A stretch of DNA of 64,000 nt from a bacterium (GTDB lineage Bacteria > SAR324 > NAC60-12), in NCBI GenBank assembly GCA_965209155.1, contig OZ242383.1, positions 1,056,001 through 1,120,000 of the forward strand, read 5' to 3'. A program made the position numbers and the translations under genes. This document shows, one piece after another, positions 33,438-43,833 of the stretch. The stretch's first letter is position 1; every line of letters begins with the position of its first letter. Below the pieces are notes generated by a model that was given only the letters and a program-made list of their open reading frames with translations, made no database searches and was not told the origin of the DNA.

Positions 33438-34883
33438 TGTCATTCCAGGCAAAGACCCGGAATCCAGGGGCGCTCAAGACATCCAGGATTCCTGCATTCT
33501 CGGAATACTGACTGGTATTTCTTCAGTTTCTTCACTCGATCAAAAAATCTGACTACTTCTTCAAAATTGTAACAGGCTGCCATTCCGGGCATAAAACGAC
33601 CAAAAGCGTGTCATTCCCGGCAAAAAACATCAATCCAGGAGCATGTCAATCCGGGCAAAAAACACGAAGCCAATATCGTGTCATTCCGGGCGCAGACCCG
33701 GAATCCAAGGGCACTCAAGATAACCAGGATTCCTGCAATCTCGGAAAAAAGACTATTATTTCTTCAGTTTCTTCACTCGATCAAAATATCTGACTACTTC
33801 TTCAAAATAGCTCAAGCGTGTCATTCCCGGCGAAAAACTCCTATCTAGGAACATGTCATTCCCAGCGAAAAACCCGAAGCCAGGAACGTGTCATTCCGGG
33901 CGCAGACCCGGAATCCAGGGGCACTCAAGATAACCAGGATTCCTGCAATCTCGGAAAAAAGACTATTATTTCTTCAGTTTCTTCACTCGATAAAAATATC
34001 TGACTACTTCTTCAAAATAGCTTAAGCGTGTCATTCCGGGCATAAAACGGCCAAATGCGTGTCATTCCCGGCGAAAAACTCCTATCTAGGAACATGTCAT
34101 TCCCAGCGAAAAACCCGAAGCCAGGAACGTGTCATTCCGGGCGCAGACCCGGAATCCAGGGGATATACGGACTCACGCTGAGTTGTACCAGAAGACTCAT
34201 ATCAGGGAATGATTGATATTATTTCTTCAGTTTCTTCACTCGATAAAAATATCTGACTACTTCTTCAAAATTCAATAGACTGTCATTCCGGGCATAAAAC
34301 AGCCAAATGCGTGTCATTCCCGGCGATTACCACCAGTCCAAGAGCGAGTCAATCCAGGCGAAAAACACGAAGCCAATTACGTGTCATTCCGGGCACAGAC
34401 CCGGAATCCAGGGGATATACGGACTCACGCTGAATTGTACCAGGAGACTCATATCAGGAAATGCCAACAATTATTTCTTCAGTTTCTTCACTCGATCAAA
34501 ATATCTGACTACTTCTTCAAAATAGCAACAGGCTGTCATTCCGGGCAAAAAACGGCCTAATGCGTGTTATTTCCGGCGAAAAACACCAATCCAGGAGCAT
34601 GTCATTCCCAGCGAAAAACCCGAAGCCAATATCGTGTCATTCCGGGCGAAGACCCGGAATCCAGGGGCGCTCAAGACATCCAGGATTCCTGCAATCTCGG
34701 AAAACAGACTATTATTTCTTCAGTTTCTTCACTCGATCAAAATATATGACTACTTCTTCAAAATTGCAATAGGCTGTCATTCCAGGCGATGACTACCAAT
34801 CCAAGGGTCCTTTCGATACCCTGGATTCCCACCCCCGCTTTCGCAGGGACAAGTTTCGCGGGGACCTGTTTCGCGGGAATGAC
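33438..34883. repeat. Nested tandem array of GTCATTCC-type REP palindromes (6 units, period 210-253 bp)
   Basis: TGTCATTCCGGGCGCAGACCCGGAATCC-like hairpins at 33438, 33679, 33889, 34130, 34382, 34635, each followed by a conserved ~52-bp block and several decayed GTCATTCC half-sites. Confidence 0.92.
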
Positions 34884-35276
34884 ATATACACCAGGATACT
34901 CCTATTTTTGAAGATTTATGTCGAACTCGGGTTCATTATTGCTCCTGTAGTTGATAAACTCAAGCCACTTGATGAATGATCCGTCCTCAAAGAGGAGGAG
35001 AACAGGAAGGGACATGTTTGATTGCTCATTATAAAAGGCGTGAATCCGGTGATCAAAACGTTGGAAGATTCTGGGAGCAAGTGATAAAAAGGTCGATAGT
35101 CAGGGGGACAGAAAAAAATGGATTGCCCTCCATTGCCAGAAGCATCACATGAAAAAGCGCACCAGGATAGTAAAGGCGTGGTTGACGAACCATCTTCAGA
35201 AACCAGCGAGAAGGAAAGTCAAATCGATTTAAAGAAAAAAATAACGCTACTTTTCCAAACTTTCAAGCCACACCCC
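34876..35276 (-). mobile_element. Y1/RAYT-derived non-autonomous element, copy A (left part missing)
   Basis: Aligns with 60430-60825; right end TTTTCCAAACTTTCAAGCCACACCCC. Confidence 0.82.
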
Positions 35277-35295
35277 TTTTTAAACGATACCATTC

Positions 35296-38200
35296 ATGCA
35301 TCCGGAAACTATCTTTTCATCCTACTTGAGTCATCTCGCGGCGGTAGCCCATCAAGGCGATGCCCGGGAGGAGAGTTTTTACCCTGCGCTTGCTGAAATG
35401 CTGAAGCATATCGCCAAAGCGACCGGGAGAACGCGCACTCACGTGACCACCCTGCCCCGACCGACCGATGGAGGGAACCCGGATTTTCGTCTCTGGGATG
35501 GCAAAGCTCACATCATCGGCTATATCGAAGCCAAGAAACCGACCGAAGAGAGACTGGACCATATCGAGAAATCCGAACAGCTCGAGCGTTATCGATCCAC
35601 GTTTCCGAATCTCATACTCACCAACTTTCTCGAATTCCGTTTGTACCGCAATGGCAACCTCGAGCGGTCGGTTCTGGCAGCCCAGCCATTCGTGCTCAAC
35701 ACCTTGCAAACGACGCCGGCCCTTGAAAAACCCGGTGAACTCCAGGGTCTTTTCGAGCACTTCCTGGATTTTGTACTACCCCAAACCTTCACGGCCGAAT
35801 CACTTGCCATCGAGCTGGCTAAACGGACGCGCCACCTGCGCGACGTCGTTGCCGAACAGTTTCAAGACGAACGGCACGCACGAGGTATGCTATCCGGCTT
35901 TTTCGATGCCTTCCAGACCTATCTCATCGGCTCCCTGACGAGGGAGAATTTTGCCGATTTATTCGCCCAGACCCTTTCCTATGGACTCTTCTCTGCCCGT
36001 ATCCGGGCCGGGAATGGTTTCAACCGGCGGACCGCTTTCGACAACGTTCCCCACGCAATCGGGGTTTTGCGTGACCTTTTCCGTTTCGTCTCACTGGGCG
36101 ATTTTCCTGACGCCCTCGCCTGGTGCGTGGATGACATTGCCGAAGTGCTGGCCGTGGCCGATGCCCCCGGAATTCTGGACCATTACTACCAGGAAGGCAA
36201 GGGCAACGACCCGATCGTGCATTTTTACGAGACCTTCCTGGCGCAGTACGATCCCGAAGAACGTGAACGACGCGGAGTTTACTACACTCCCGAAGCGGTG
36301 GTGAGATACATCGTTCATTCCCTTCATGGTCTTCTCAAGACGGAATTCAGCCGGCACGATGGTCTCGCTTCCGATGGCGTGACCCTCCTCGACCCGGCGG
36401 CGGGAACAATGACCTTCGTCGCCCGCGCCGCCCAACAGGCGGTGTCCGAATTCGAGACCAAATATGGCAGTGGTGGCCGGCAAGACTTCATCCGTCACCA
36501 CGTTCTGAGAAATTTCTATGCCCTCGAGTTGATGATGGCACCCTATGCGGTGGGTCATCTCAAAATGAGTTTTTTTCTGGAAGAACTCGGACACCGGCTC
36601 GAGGACAACGAGCGTGTCCCGTTCTACCTCTCCAATACCCTCGACATGGAAGAATTGGAAGAAAGCCATTTTCCGGGACTTTCCGCACTTGTCGAGGAAT
36701 CCCGGCTGGCTGGAACGATCAAAAAAAAGGCCCCGGTCCTGCTCATCCTTGGTAATCCTCCCTATTCGGGTCACTCCAGTAACAGGGGCGATTGGATCCG
36801 GAAGAAGATCGAAAATTACAAACAAGTGGACGGGAGTCCCCTTGGAGAGAAAAACCCGAAGTGGCTCCAGGATGACTACGTCAAGTTCCTGCGATTCGCC
36901 CAGTGGAAAATCGAGCAATCCGGGCAAGGTATCGTCGGCATGATCACCAATCACAGCTATCTCGACAATCCCACATTTCGTGGCATGCGGCGCAGTCTGA
37001 TGCATACGTTCGATGACATCCATATCCTCGACCTGCACGGCAATTCTCTCAAGAAGGAGAGATGCCCGGATGGCAGTCCCGACCAGAATGTTTTCGATAT
37101 CCGTCAGGGTGTGAGCATCGCCTTCTTCGTCCTGCGAGGCGGAAAAAAAGAAAGTGATGCCCGGGTGTGGCACGCGGAACTCTACGGGACTCGTGAAAGC
37201 AAGTATGACTGGCTGCTCACCCATGACCACGGAAACACCGGCTGGCGCAAATTAAACCCCACGGCTCCGTTCTACCTGTTCGTCCCCCGTGACGATGCGC
37301 TCGCAGCCGGTTACCAGCGATTTATCCCGGTTCCCGATGTCTTTCCGGTCAACAGCGTCGGTATCGTGACCGCGCGAGATCACCTGACGATTCGCTGGTC
37401 GAAACAAGAGGTCTGGGATACCGTCCGTCCTTTTTCGGGAATGGACCCGGAAGAGGCGCGGCAGGGTTATGCTCTTGGAAACGATGCGCTGGACTGGAAA
37501 GTGACGCTGGCGCAAAAGGACTTGCGCGACTCCGGTCTCAAACAGGAAAAAATCGTTCCGGTTCTCTATCGCCCCTTTGACGTGCGTTACACCTATTACA
37601 CCGGCCGCTCACGCGGTTTCATCTGCCGTCCCCGCTCCGAGGTCATGCGCCACATGTTGGCTGGGGAGAATTTGGCGCTGTGTATTGGACGCCAAGGTCA
37701 TGTGGTTGGTAAAGGTGAATGGAATCTGATTTATTGCTCACAAAGATTAGAGGATTTTAACCTATTCTACCGGGGCGGGAACGTAAATTTTCCTCTCTAC
37801 CTCTATCCCTCCGCTGTCCCCGAAGACCTTTTCGCTCACCACGAGTCAGCCGAACGAAAGCCGAACCTGAATTCCGAGTTGGTGACGGCACTGGCGAAGG
37901 CGCACGGAATATCACCCTCTCCCGAAGCGATCTTCCACTACGTCTACGCCGTCTTGCATGCCCCGGCTTATCGCCATAAATACACCCAATTCCTGCGCAC
38001 CGATTTCCCGCGTATTCCATTTACTACAGACAAGGATTTGTTTGACAGGCACGCCGGTCTCGGTGCCCGACTGGTCGCCTTGCACCTCCTCGAGTCGCCG
38101 GAACTCGATCCACCCGCCTGCCGTTTTGTAGGTGAAGGTAACGATACCGTCGTCGCACGGACAAAGGCGCAGGGCTTTCGCTACGACCCCGCTGAGCAAC

Positions 38201-38445
38201 GCATGCACGTCAACAGAACGAAATACTTCGGCCCCCTTTCTCCGGAAGTCTACGAATACCGCATCGGTGGCTATCAAGTCTGTGAAAAATGGTTGAAAGA
38301 TCGCAAGAAACGTTGTCTCCTCACCCCCGACATCCAAACTTACTGCCGGATGGTGACTGCCATCGAATGCGCAATCACAATCCAGCAACAACTGGATGGC
38401 CTCTACCCCATTGTGGAGCAGAATATTCTACAAGTTGCTTGTTGA
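35296..38445 (+). CDS. Type IIG / type ISP-like restriction-modification enzyme (REase-N6 MTase-specificity)
   Basis: PDF...IEAK nuclease motif, GVYYTP, LDPAAGT, GNPPY, YRPFD and DFPRIP, YRIGGYQV C-terminus. Confidence 0.88.
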   Translation: MHPETIFSSYLSHLAAVAHQGDAREESFYPALAEMLKHIAKATGRTRTHVTTLPRPTDGGNPDFRLWDGKAHIIGYIEAKKPTEERLDHIEKSEQLERYRSTFPNLILTNFLEFRLYRNGNLERSVLAAQPFVLNTLQTTPALEKPGELQGLFEHFLDFVLPQTFTAESLAIELAKRTRHLRDVVAEQFQDERHARGMLSGFFDAFQTYLIGSLTRENFADLFAQTLSYGLFSARIRAGNGFNRRTAFDNVPHAIGVLRDLFRFVSLGDFPDALAWCVDDIAEVLAVADAPGILDHYYQEGKGNDPIVHFYETFLAQYDPEERERRGVYYTPEAVVRYIVHSLHGLLKTEFSRHDGLASDGVTLLDPAAGTMTFVARAAQQAVSEFETKYGSGGRQDFIRHHVLRNFYALELMMAPYAVGHLKMSFFLEELGHRLEDNERVPFYLSNTLDMEELEESHFPGLSALVEESRLAGTIKKKAPVLLILGNPPYSGHSSNRGDWIRKKIENYKQVDGSPLGEKNPKWLQDDYVKFLRFAQWKIEQSGQGIVGMITNHSYLDNPTFRGMRRSLMHTFDDIHILDLHGNSLKKERCPDGSPDQNVFDIRQGVSIAFFVLRGGKKESDARVWHAELYGTRESKYDWLLTHDHGNTGWRKLNPTAPFYLFVPRDDALAAGYQRFIPVPDVFPVNSVGIVTARDHLTIRWSKQEVWDTVRPFSGMDPEEARQGYALGNDALDWKVTLAQKDLRDSGLKQEKIVPVLYRPFDVRYTYYTGRSRGFICRPRSEVMRHMLAGENLALCIGRQGHVVGKGEWNLIYCSQRLEDFNLFYRGGNVNFPLYLYPSAVPEDLFAHHESAERKPNLNSELVTALAKAHGISPSPEAIFHYVYAVLHAPAYRHKYTQFLRTDFPRIPFTTDKDLFDRHAGLGARLVALHLLESPELDPPACRFVGEGNDTVVARTKAQGFRYDPAEQRMHVNRTKYFGPLSPEVYEYRIGGYQVCEKWLKDRKKRCLLTPDIQTYCRMVTAIECAITIQQQLDGLYPIVEQNILQVAC

Positions 38446-38486
38446 ACAAAACCCAAGACCGCGCTATCCTTTTTAAAAACTCGCTG

Positions 38487-38600
38487 CCCAAGTGGAGTTC
38501 CAGGCGACAGAATGAGGGAGTCTATGAGTTTCAGCATGGGAGTGATCTCATTCGGATGATTGTACCGAGTGAGATCGCTCATGCGGAGCATAATGCGATT
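38487..38600 (+). pseudogene. Internal fragment of the Rpn-like gene family seen at 43834
   Basis: Diverged match to 44195-44308 (GVYEFQHGSDLIRMIVPSEIAHAEHNAI). Confidence 0.75.
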
Positions 38601-38826
38601 TTATATGTAGTGAAATCGGGTTGTCAGTGGAGAATGCTTCCCCATGATTTTACTCCCTGGCCAACCGTTTCCAATCATTATCGCCGCTGGAATCAAAGAG
38701 GGATCTGGCAAGCAATTTTGGATCCCCTCAATGCCCGCACTCGGGTGAAACAGGGCAAGACGCCTTTTCCCAGTTACGCTATCGTCGATTCTCAAAGTGT
38801 GAAATGCCAATATGATTGCAAGGAAT
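38592..38826 (+). mobile_element. IS5-family transposase N-terminal fragment
   Basis: NAILYVVKSGCQWRMLPHDF...W, IVDSQSVK. Confidence 0.85.
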
Positions 38827-38831
38827 TGGGA

Positions 38832-40028
38832 GGGTGTAATTAAATGTGAGGGGCAGAGAGAAACAGCTGGACAAGTGCTCAAAGTATATTGAAAGTGGGA
38901 ATGTTTTCGAATGATTGACCTTCAAACAGGAGTTGAAAATGTCTAAATACTTGAGTTACTCGGAACTAAGGGAGGGTGACGAGTCATCTCTTTCATTAGA
39001 AGAACGGCTGTCGAAGTATCCACACCTGCGCCGTCGGATGGAATCCATTCTGGGGATTATCGAAAATGACGATGGGAGTTGCCAAACAGCCGATGAGGCT
39101 GAGAGGCGGGCGATTGAAGAAGTGCGTAAATTGGGTCAGGAAGTGCTTCAAGGCTGGTTGGGCCATCAGTCCGATATAAAAGAAGCAGAGTCTTCTCAAA
39201 AAGCGGGTCTGATCCGAGATGGTAAAAAAAACTGTATTGGTACAGTACCTTTGGTGCCATTGGAATCGAAGAACTTGTTTTCCGGGAAGGACGGAGAGGA
39301 AAAAGACAGAGACCCTTGAGTGCCTCGATTGGCGTTCAGTGCCGGGGTTATTCAAAGCCTCTGCAGCGAGCGATGGTGGATTTTGGGGCCGATGTCTCCT
39401 TTGCAGCAGCGAGCCAGAAACTCAAGGAGCATTATGGTATTGACATTCCTTCCAGCAGTATTCGAGCTCGAACCCTCTATCACAGTCAGAGCTATTTCTC
39501 CCTGAAAGAAGAGCAGCCGTCTAGCAGGGAGCCCAGTGGGGTGGGGGTGGTGATTTTGGAAAGTGATGGCACCATGGTGCCTCTGGTAGAGACGGCAGAC
39601 TCTACATTTACGGGGGATCGCAGAAAAACGCGTCAAGTGAGTTGGAAAGAAGGGATTACCTCCTTAGCTTATGCTCGAGGAAGTGTCGACCCCATTTATG
39701 CTGGAACCTTGAACAGTAGAGATGAAGCGGGTTTTCAGATGAAAAGGCCCCCATTCGCGCTTTGGTACGTTACATGAAAAATCGTTCCGGATAGTTTGAA
39801 TACAAAACAGCTATTGATCAACAACTCCCTATCGGCTCTGGAAAAATTGAAAGCGCCCATCGTTCCCTCATCCAAAAACGGCTCAAACTCCCTGGCGCTT
39901 GGTGGAAAAAACAACATGCCGATCAGATGATTCAACTCAGGGTGGCAAGAGCCAATGGAAAATGGGATTGTTATTGGCAACAACTACAAAGAGCTTAATA
40001 GAGATGCCCCTCACTTTTAATTACACCC
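38832..40028 (+). mobile_element. ISKra4-family element, internally deleted pseudogene
   Basis: IRs GGGTGTAATTAAATGTGAGGGG / CCCCTCACTTTTAATTACACCC; TADEAE, A-run frameshift site (GKKN), DGTMVP, LPIGSGKIES, GAWW. Confidence 0.82.
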
Positions 40029-40442
40029 ACAATCGGGTGGCCTACAAAGATGCCAAACGAGCTCTCAACGGAGTAAGAAAAGAATTGAAGCTGATCAATC
40101 TTTCCGCTGTGAACAGTTTGCAAGAAGGGCTGGAGGAAACACTTACGCTCCATCGCCTTGGTTTGGCGGAAAAGCTCTCAGTGAGCTTCAGAACGACCAA
40201 TTGTATTGAATCTCTCAATCGACAGTTAGAAATTTTTACCGGACGAGTGAGTTATTGGCAGAATAGTAAACAGCGACAACGCTGGGTGGCAACTGCTTTA
40301 TTGGAGATTGAAGGCAATCTCAGGAGAGTGAAGGGCTATAAACATCTCGTTCAGCTCAAAGAGGCAATGGTGAATGTCAATCAAATGAAGAAAAAAGCAG
40401 CGTGAGTGTCGTTAAAAATTTCAACTAGAATTGGGATTGACC
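40029..40442 (+). mobile_element. IS256-family transposase C-terminal fragment with right end
   Basis: SLQEGLEETLT, RTTNCIESLN, RWVATALL; end AATTTCAACTAGAATTGGGATTGACC. Confidence 0.8.
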
Positions 40443-40675
40443 CTTCTGAAAAATCCCTTCTTAAAAATAAAAGTTTTTCAGCAAGCCCTAAGTATTACTC
40501 CAACAGAACACAAAAAGCTTGTCCAGTGGTCCAACACTTGCTAGTTTAATTTAAATTAGTGAGAATAAACGCCGCCTACACAAAATTGATTCATTGTGAA
40601 TAAAAAGAATCTATTCTGGCGTAATTATCGCATTCCGGCACAAAATAATAAAATTATTATGCATATTATTATACT

Positions 40676-41257
40676 ATGACAGATTCATTACTTCCCCCCC
40701 CAAAAGCTGGATACTATAAATGTATTGTTATAGATCCCCCTTGGGATCAAGGGAAAACTGGCAAGCGATTGGTACGTCCTAATCAAGGGACAGAACTACC
40801 ATATCAGACAATGACATTTAATGAAATTGTTAATTTACCTATAACTGATTGGGCAGCGGAACATTCTTTTCTATGGCTATGGGCTACTAATAGCCGATCA
40901 CGCTCAAGTGGTAAACCAATCCTCATGCAAGCATTTGATTTAATGATAAGTTGGGGATTCAAATATTATACAACATTAACTTGGGATAAAAGAACCGGCC
41001 CATGTCCATTTGGACCATATCAAATAACAACAGAACATTGTTTATTTGGCTATCGAGGCAAATTTGATTTTCCTAGAAAATCAATGGGGAAAATGCAAAC
41101 AATGTTTTCTTCTTCAACAAAAAGACATAGCGAAAAACCATCTTACCTTTATAAGCATATTAGTTCTCATTTTCAAGCCCCACGACTTGATGTATTTGCC
41201 CGAAGACAACACTCTGGTTTTGATGTTTGGGGTAATGAAAGTGAAATATCAAAATGA
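40676..41257 (+). CDS. MT-A70 family adenine methyltransferase
   Basis: IDPPW, LWLWATN, TEHCLFG, HSEKP, LDVFARR, WGNE. Confidence 0.9.
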   Translation: MTDSLLPPPKAGYYKCIVIDPPWDQGKTGKRLVRPNQGTELPYQTMTFNEIVNLPITDWAAEHSFLWLWATNSRSRSSGKPILMQAFDLMISWGFKYYTTLTWDKRTGPCPFGPYQITTEHCLFGYRGKFDFPRKSMGKMQTMFSSSTKRHSEKPSYLYKHISSHFQAPRLDVFARRQHSGFDVWGNESEISK

Positions 41258-42057
41258 ATACTAAGAGGGCAAATTCTCTCAATGGTTCAGATTGGCTGAA
41301 ATATTCATTCAGTATATGGCGTGGACTGGTAAAGGAAAAGAATATTGATCATCCCGCGATTTTCCCAGTCTCTTTAGCGTCCCGTCTGATAAAATGCTAT
41401 GTTTCAAATCAAAATGGGATTGTACTTGACCCATTTGCAGGTTCAGGTTCAACTCTATTGGCGGCAGTCAGAGCAGGAATAAAAACAATAGGAATTGACA
41501 TTAATCCTAAATATCGAGAAATATTTCAAAATAGACTTTCATTATTTGATAATAACAATTTATGGGAATATTTGATTCATGATTCTCGATATCTAGATAA
41601 TATTGTGAAAAGAGGTTCAATTGATATATGTATTACATCCCCACCTTATTGGAATATTCTTGATATGGCTCGAAGTGTCGATAGGAAAAAAAATGTAGTT
41701 TATTCAAATAATGATAACGATATTGGAAATATTCATGATTATAATGCTTATTTAGAAGAACTGAAAATTGTTATCAAAGAAATAGAAAAAGTTTTGCGCC
41801 CAAATGGTTATTTCATTCTAAACATTATGGATATTCGTAAAAAATCAATGTTTTATCCTCTGCATCAAAGTGCAACAAATATGGCAACCGAATGTGGTTT
41901 TATATTGGATGATATTATTATCTGGGACAGACAAAATGATTACAATTCAATGCGTCCTCTCGGTTATCCATATAAATTTATTATCAATAAGGTACATGAG
42001 TATCTGCTAATTTTTCAAAAGAAGAGACCGAAATATGCCAAGACATCCAAAAGTTAA
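41254..42057 (+). CDS. Amino (probably N4-cytosine) DNA methyltransferase
   Basis: HPAIFP, VLDPFAGSGST, ITSPPYW, HEYLLIF. Confidence 0.88.
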   Translation: MNTKRANSLNGSDWLKYSFSIWRGLVKEKNIDHPAIFPVSLASRLIKCYVSNQNGIVLDPFAGSGSTLLAAVRAGIKTIGIDINPKYREIFQNRLSLFDNNNLWEYLIHDSRYLDNIVKRGSIDICITSPPYWNILDMARSVDRKKNVVYSNNDNDIGNIHDYNAYLEELKIVIKEIEKVLRPNGYFILNIMDIRKKSMFYPLHQSATNMATECGFILDDIIIWDRQNDYNSMRPLGYPYKFIINKVHEYLLIFQKKRPKYAKTSKS

Positions 42058-42430
42058 CGAAAATGACCTTTCCATTATAGTGTCATATTTGAAAAACCCC
42101 AAAGTTGAAACAGAAATTCATGCTGAGATTCCTCATCAATTGCAAGGAAAATTCGAACGTGAATATTTTGAATGTACAAAAATAAACGTGCCAAACGTTA
42201 CAAACAAGGAGCCTTATTATGTACTACCGAAAACTAGTGACAAACGAGGTAGAGAACTTCGAATTTATTTTATACCTATTGAACCAATACCTTTACAAAT
42301 TAATAAACAAATGAGCAAAAGTACATGGTATGGTACAAAAAATAAAAAACGAATTAATCATACAAATTTAGTTATGCAATTATTTGAATGTGGTTTCATA
42401 CTCGGTCTTCAAGATTACAAGCGTATTTAA
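42035..42430 (+). CDS. Hypothetical protein, overlaps the MTase operon
   Basis: 131-aa ORF, same AT-rich composition, 23-nt overlap. Confidence 0.65.
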   Translation: MPRHPKVNENDLSIIVSYLKNPKVETEIHAEIPHQLQGKFEREYFECTKINVPNVTNKEPYYVLPKTSDKRGRELRIYFIPIEPIPLQINKQMSKSTWYGTKNKKRINHTNLVMQLFECGFILGLQDYKRI

Positions 42431-42450
42431 AATTTTATTAAGTAAAAAAT

Positions 42451-43735
42451 GGAGTTCGGCTTGAAAGTTTGAATCTTTAAGCAAGTATTGACGTTCCAGT
42501 TCCTCTAATTGATTTTGGAGACCTTTGGATTCCTTCAATCATCGTCTCAACCGATGCACTGCAAAGCGGATCGTCGAATCATCTCGATTGAATACTTTTC
42601 CGACCTCCCGAATCGTTGCGGACTTCTAATCGAAAGCCAACAGGCCAATCATCGCGCGGGCTTCACTCGACTTTCGTGACTGCCCGGCACTGCTTAATTC
42701 CTGCTCCGGTAGTTGATAAACTCGATCCACTTGATGAATGATCCGTCCTGAAAGAAGAGGAGAACAGGGAAGGACATGTTTGATCGCTCATAATACAAAA
42801 GTTGTGAATCCGATGATCGAAGCGTCGGGAACCTTCTTGGAGCAAGTGATAAAATAGTCGATAGTCGGGGGGACAGAATAAAACGGGTTACCATCCATTG
42901 CCATGAAGCATCACATGCTAAAGCACACCAGGATAGTAAAGGCGTGGTTGACGAGCCATCTTCAGAAACCAGCGAGAAGGAAAGTCAAAACGATTTAAAA
43001 AAAATATAACGCTAATTTTCCATCAGTCACCGTAAAGAACTGACTTATAGTGGTTTCGAGCCACCTTTCGTCATTCCTCCGGCACAGATCCGGACGTGCG
43101 CTACTAACGCATCCGGCTCCTGCCTCGAGTCAGACGCTCAAACGTTGATTCGCCGTTTGGCGTACCCTGTCTAGGCCACTCTCTGATTTTACCGGACTCT
43201 GGGTTCCGGGCACAGGAGGGTAAGCAGAATTTCTCTCGGCCAAGTCCCTTGGCTCCACTAGCTCCGTTGATTTCCTTTGCATTGTTAGATCTCTGCAAGT
43301 GATTTCATTGTTCGCCGCTTCATCGCTACTGTGAACTTGTCCGACTTCCTGAAAACTTGGATGCCGGGGTTATTTATTAATTTTCCGGCCCGACTGCCAA
43401 GGGAACATTGACAGTCATCTTCAGGATCTCCCAGGTTCCGATCAAGAAACTTCCACACATGCACCGGGTCTTTGACTCCGCCAGGCCCAACCGGGACTCA
43501 CGCTAGCGCCTTTGGTTGATATGGCCTTCCCCACCAGGCTACAGGGTCGGCACCTGAAACTATGATTTCGGAGCTCAATAACCGAGCCTATGCGCTCCCC
43601 TGTCAACGTTTAGCGCTTATCCTTACGGATAACCACCCATGATTCGGGGCCTCGGCAGGTCGTTACTGCCTTACCGAGTAAGAGACTTTCACTCTCTATT
43701 TCTTGCCAGCTTTCCTGGCGCACAGCCAGACCCCC
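42451..43735 (-). mobile_element. Y1/RAYT-derived element copy B (no internal REP insert; intron in right IR)
   Basis: Left end GGAGTTCGGCTTGAAAGTTTGAA; MARQPRLYYPG start at 42959 with early stop; right end AGCCAGACCCC. Confidence 0.85.
43026..43723 (-). ncRNA. ORF-less group II intron, copy 1 (698 nt)
   Basis: 5' GTGCG; DV GAGCCGGATGCGTTAGTAGCGCACGTCCGGATC; DVI with bulged A ending ...CTTTACGGTGAC; no RT ORF. Confidence 0.9.
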
Positions 43736-43833
43736 TTTGTAAACTCCAAATTTCACACTTGCGCGTTTTTCTATAGATTGGCATCATAAAATGACAATCC
43801 AATGTATTTTGTCATGCAACCGATGAAAGGAAA

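Noticed and set aside
33438..34883. CRISPR array
   Set aside because: Intervening sequences are themselves repeated, the period is 210-253 bp, repeats are degenerate, and there are no cas genes in the window
38289..38843. 184-aa ORF as a real gene (likewise 39899-40405 and the 55649 N-terminal extension)
   Set aside because: Chimeric reading frames running across unrelated remnants
43104..43298. 64-aa ORF MQRSNNAKEING... (three copies)
   Set aside because: Overlaps intron domains III-V and has no RT motifs; conserved only because the intron is
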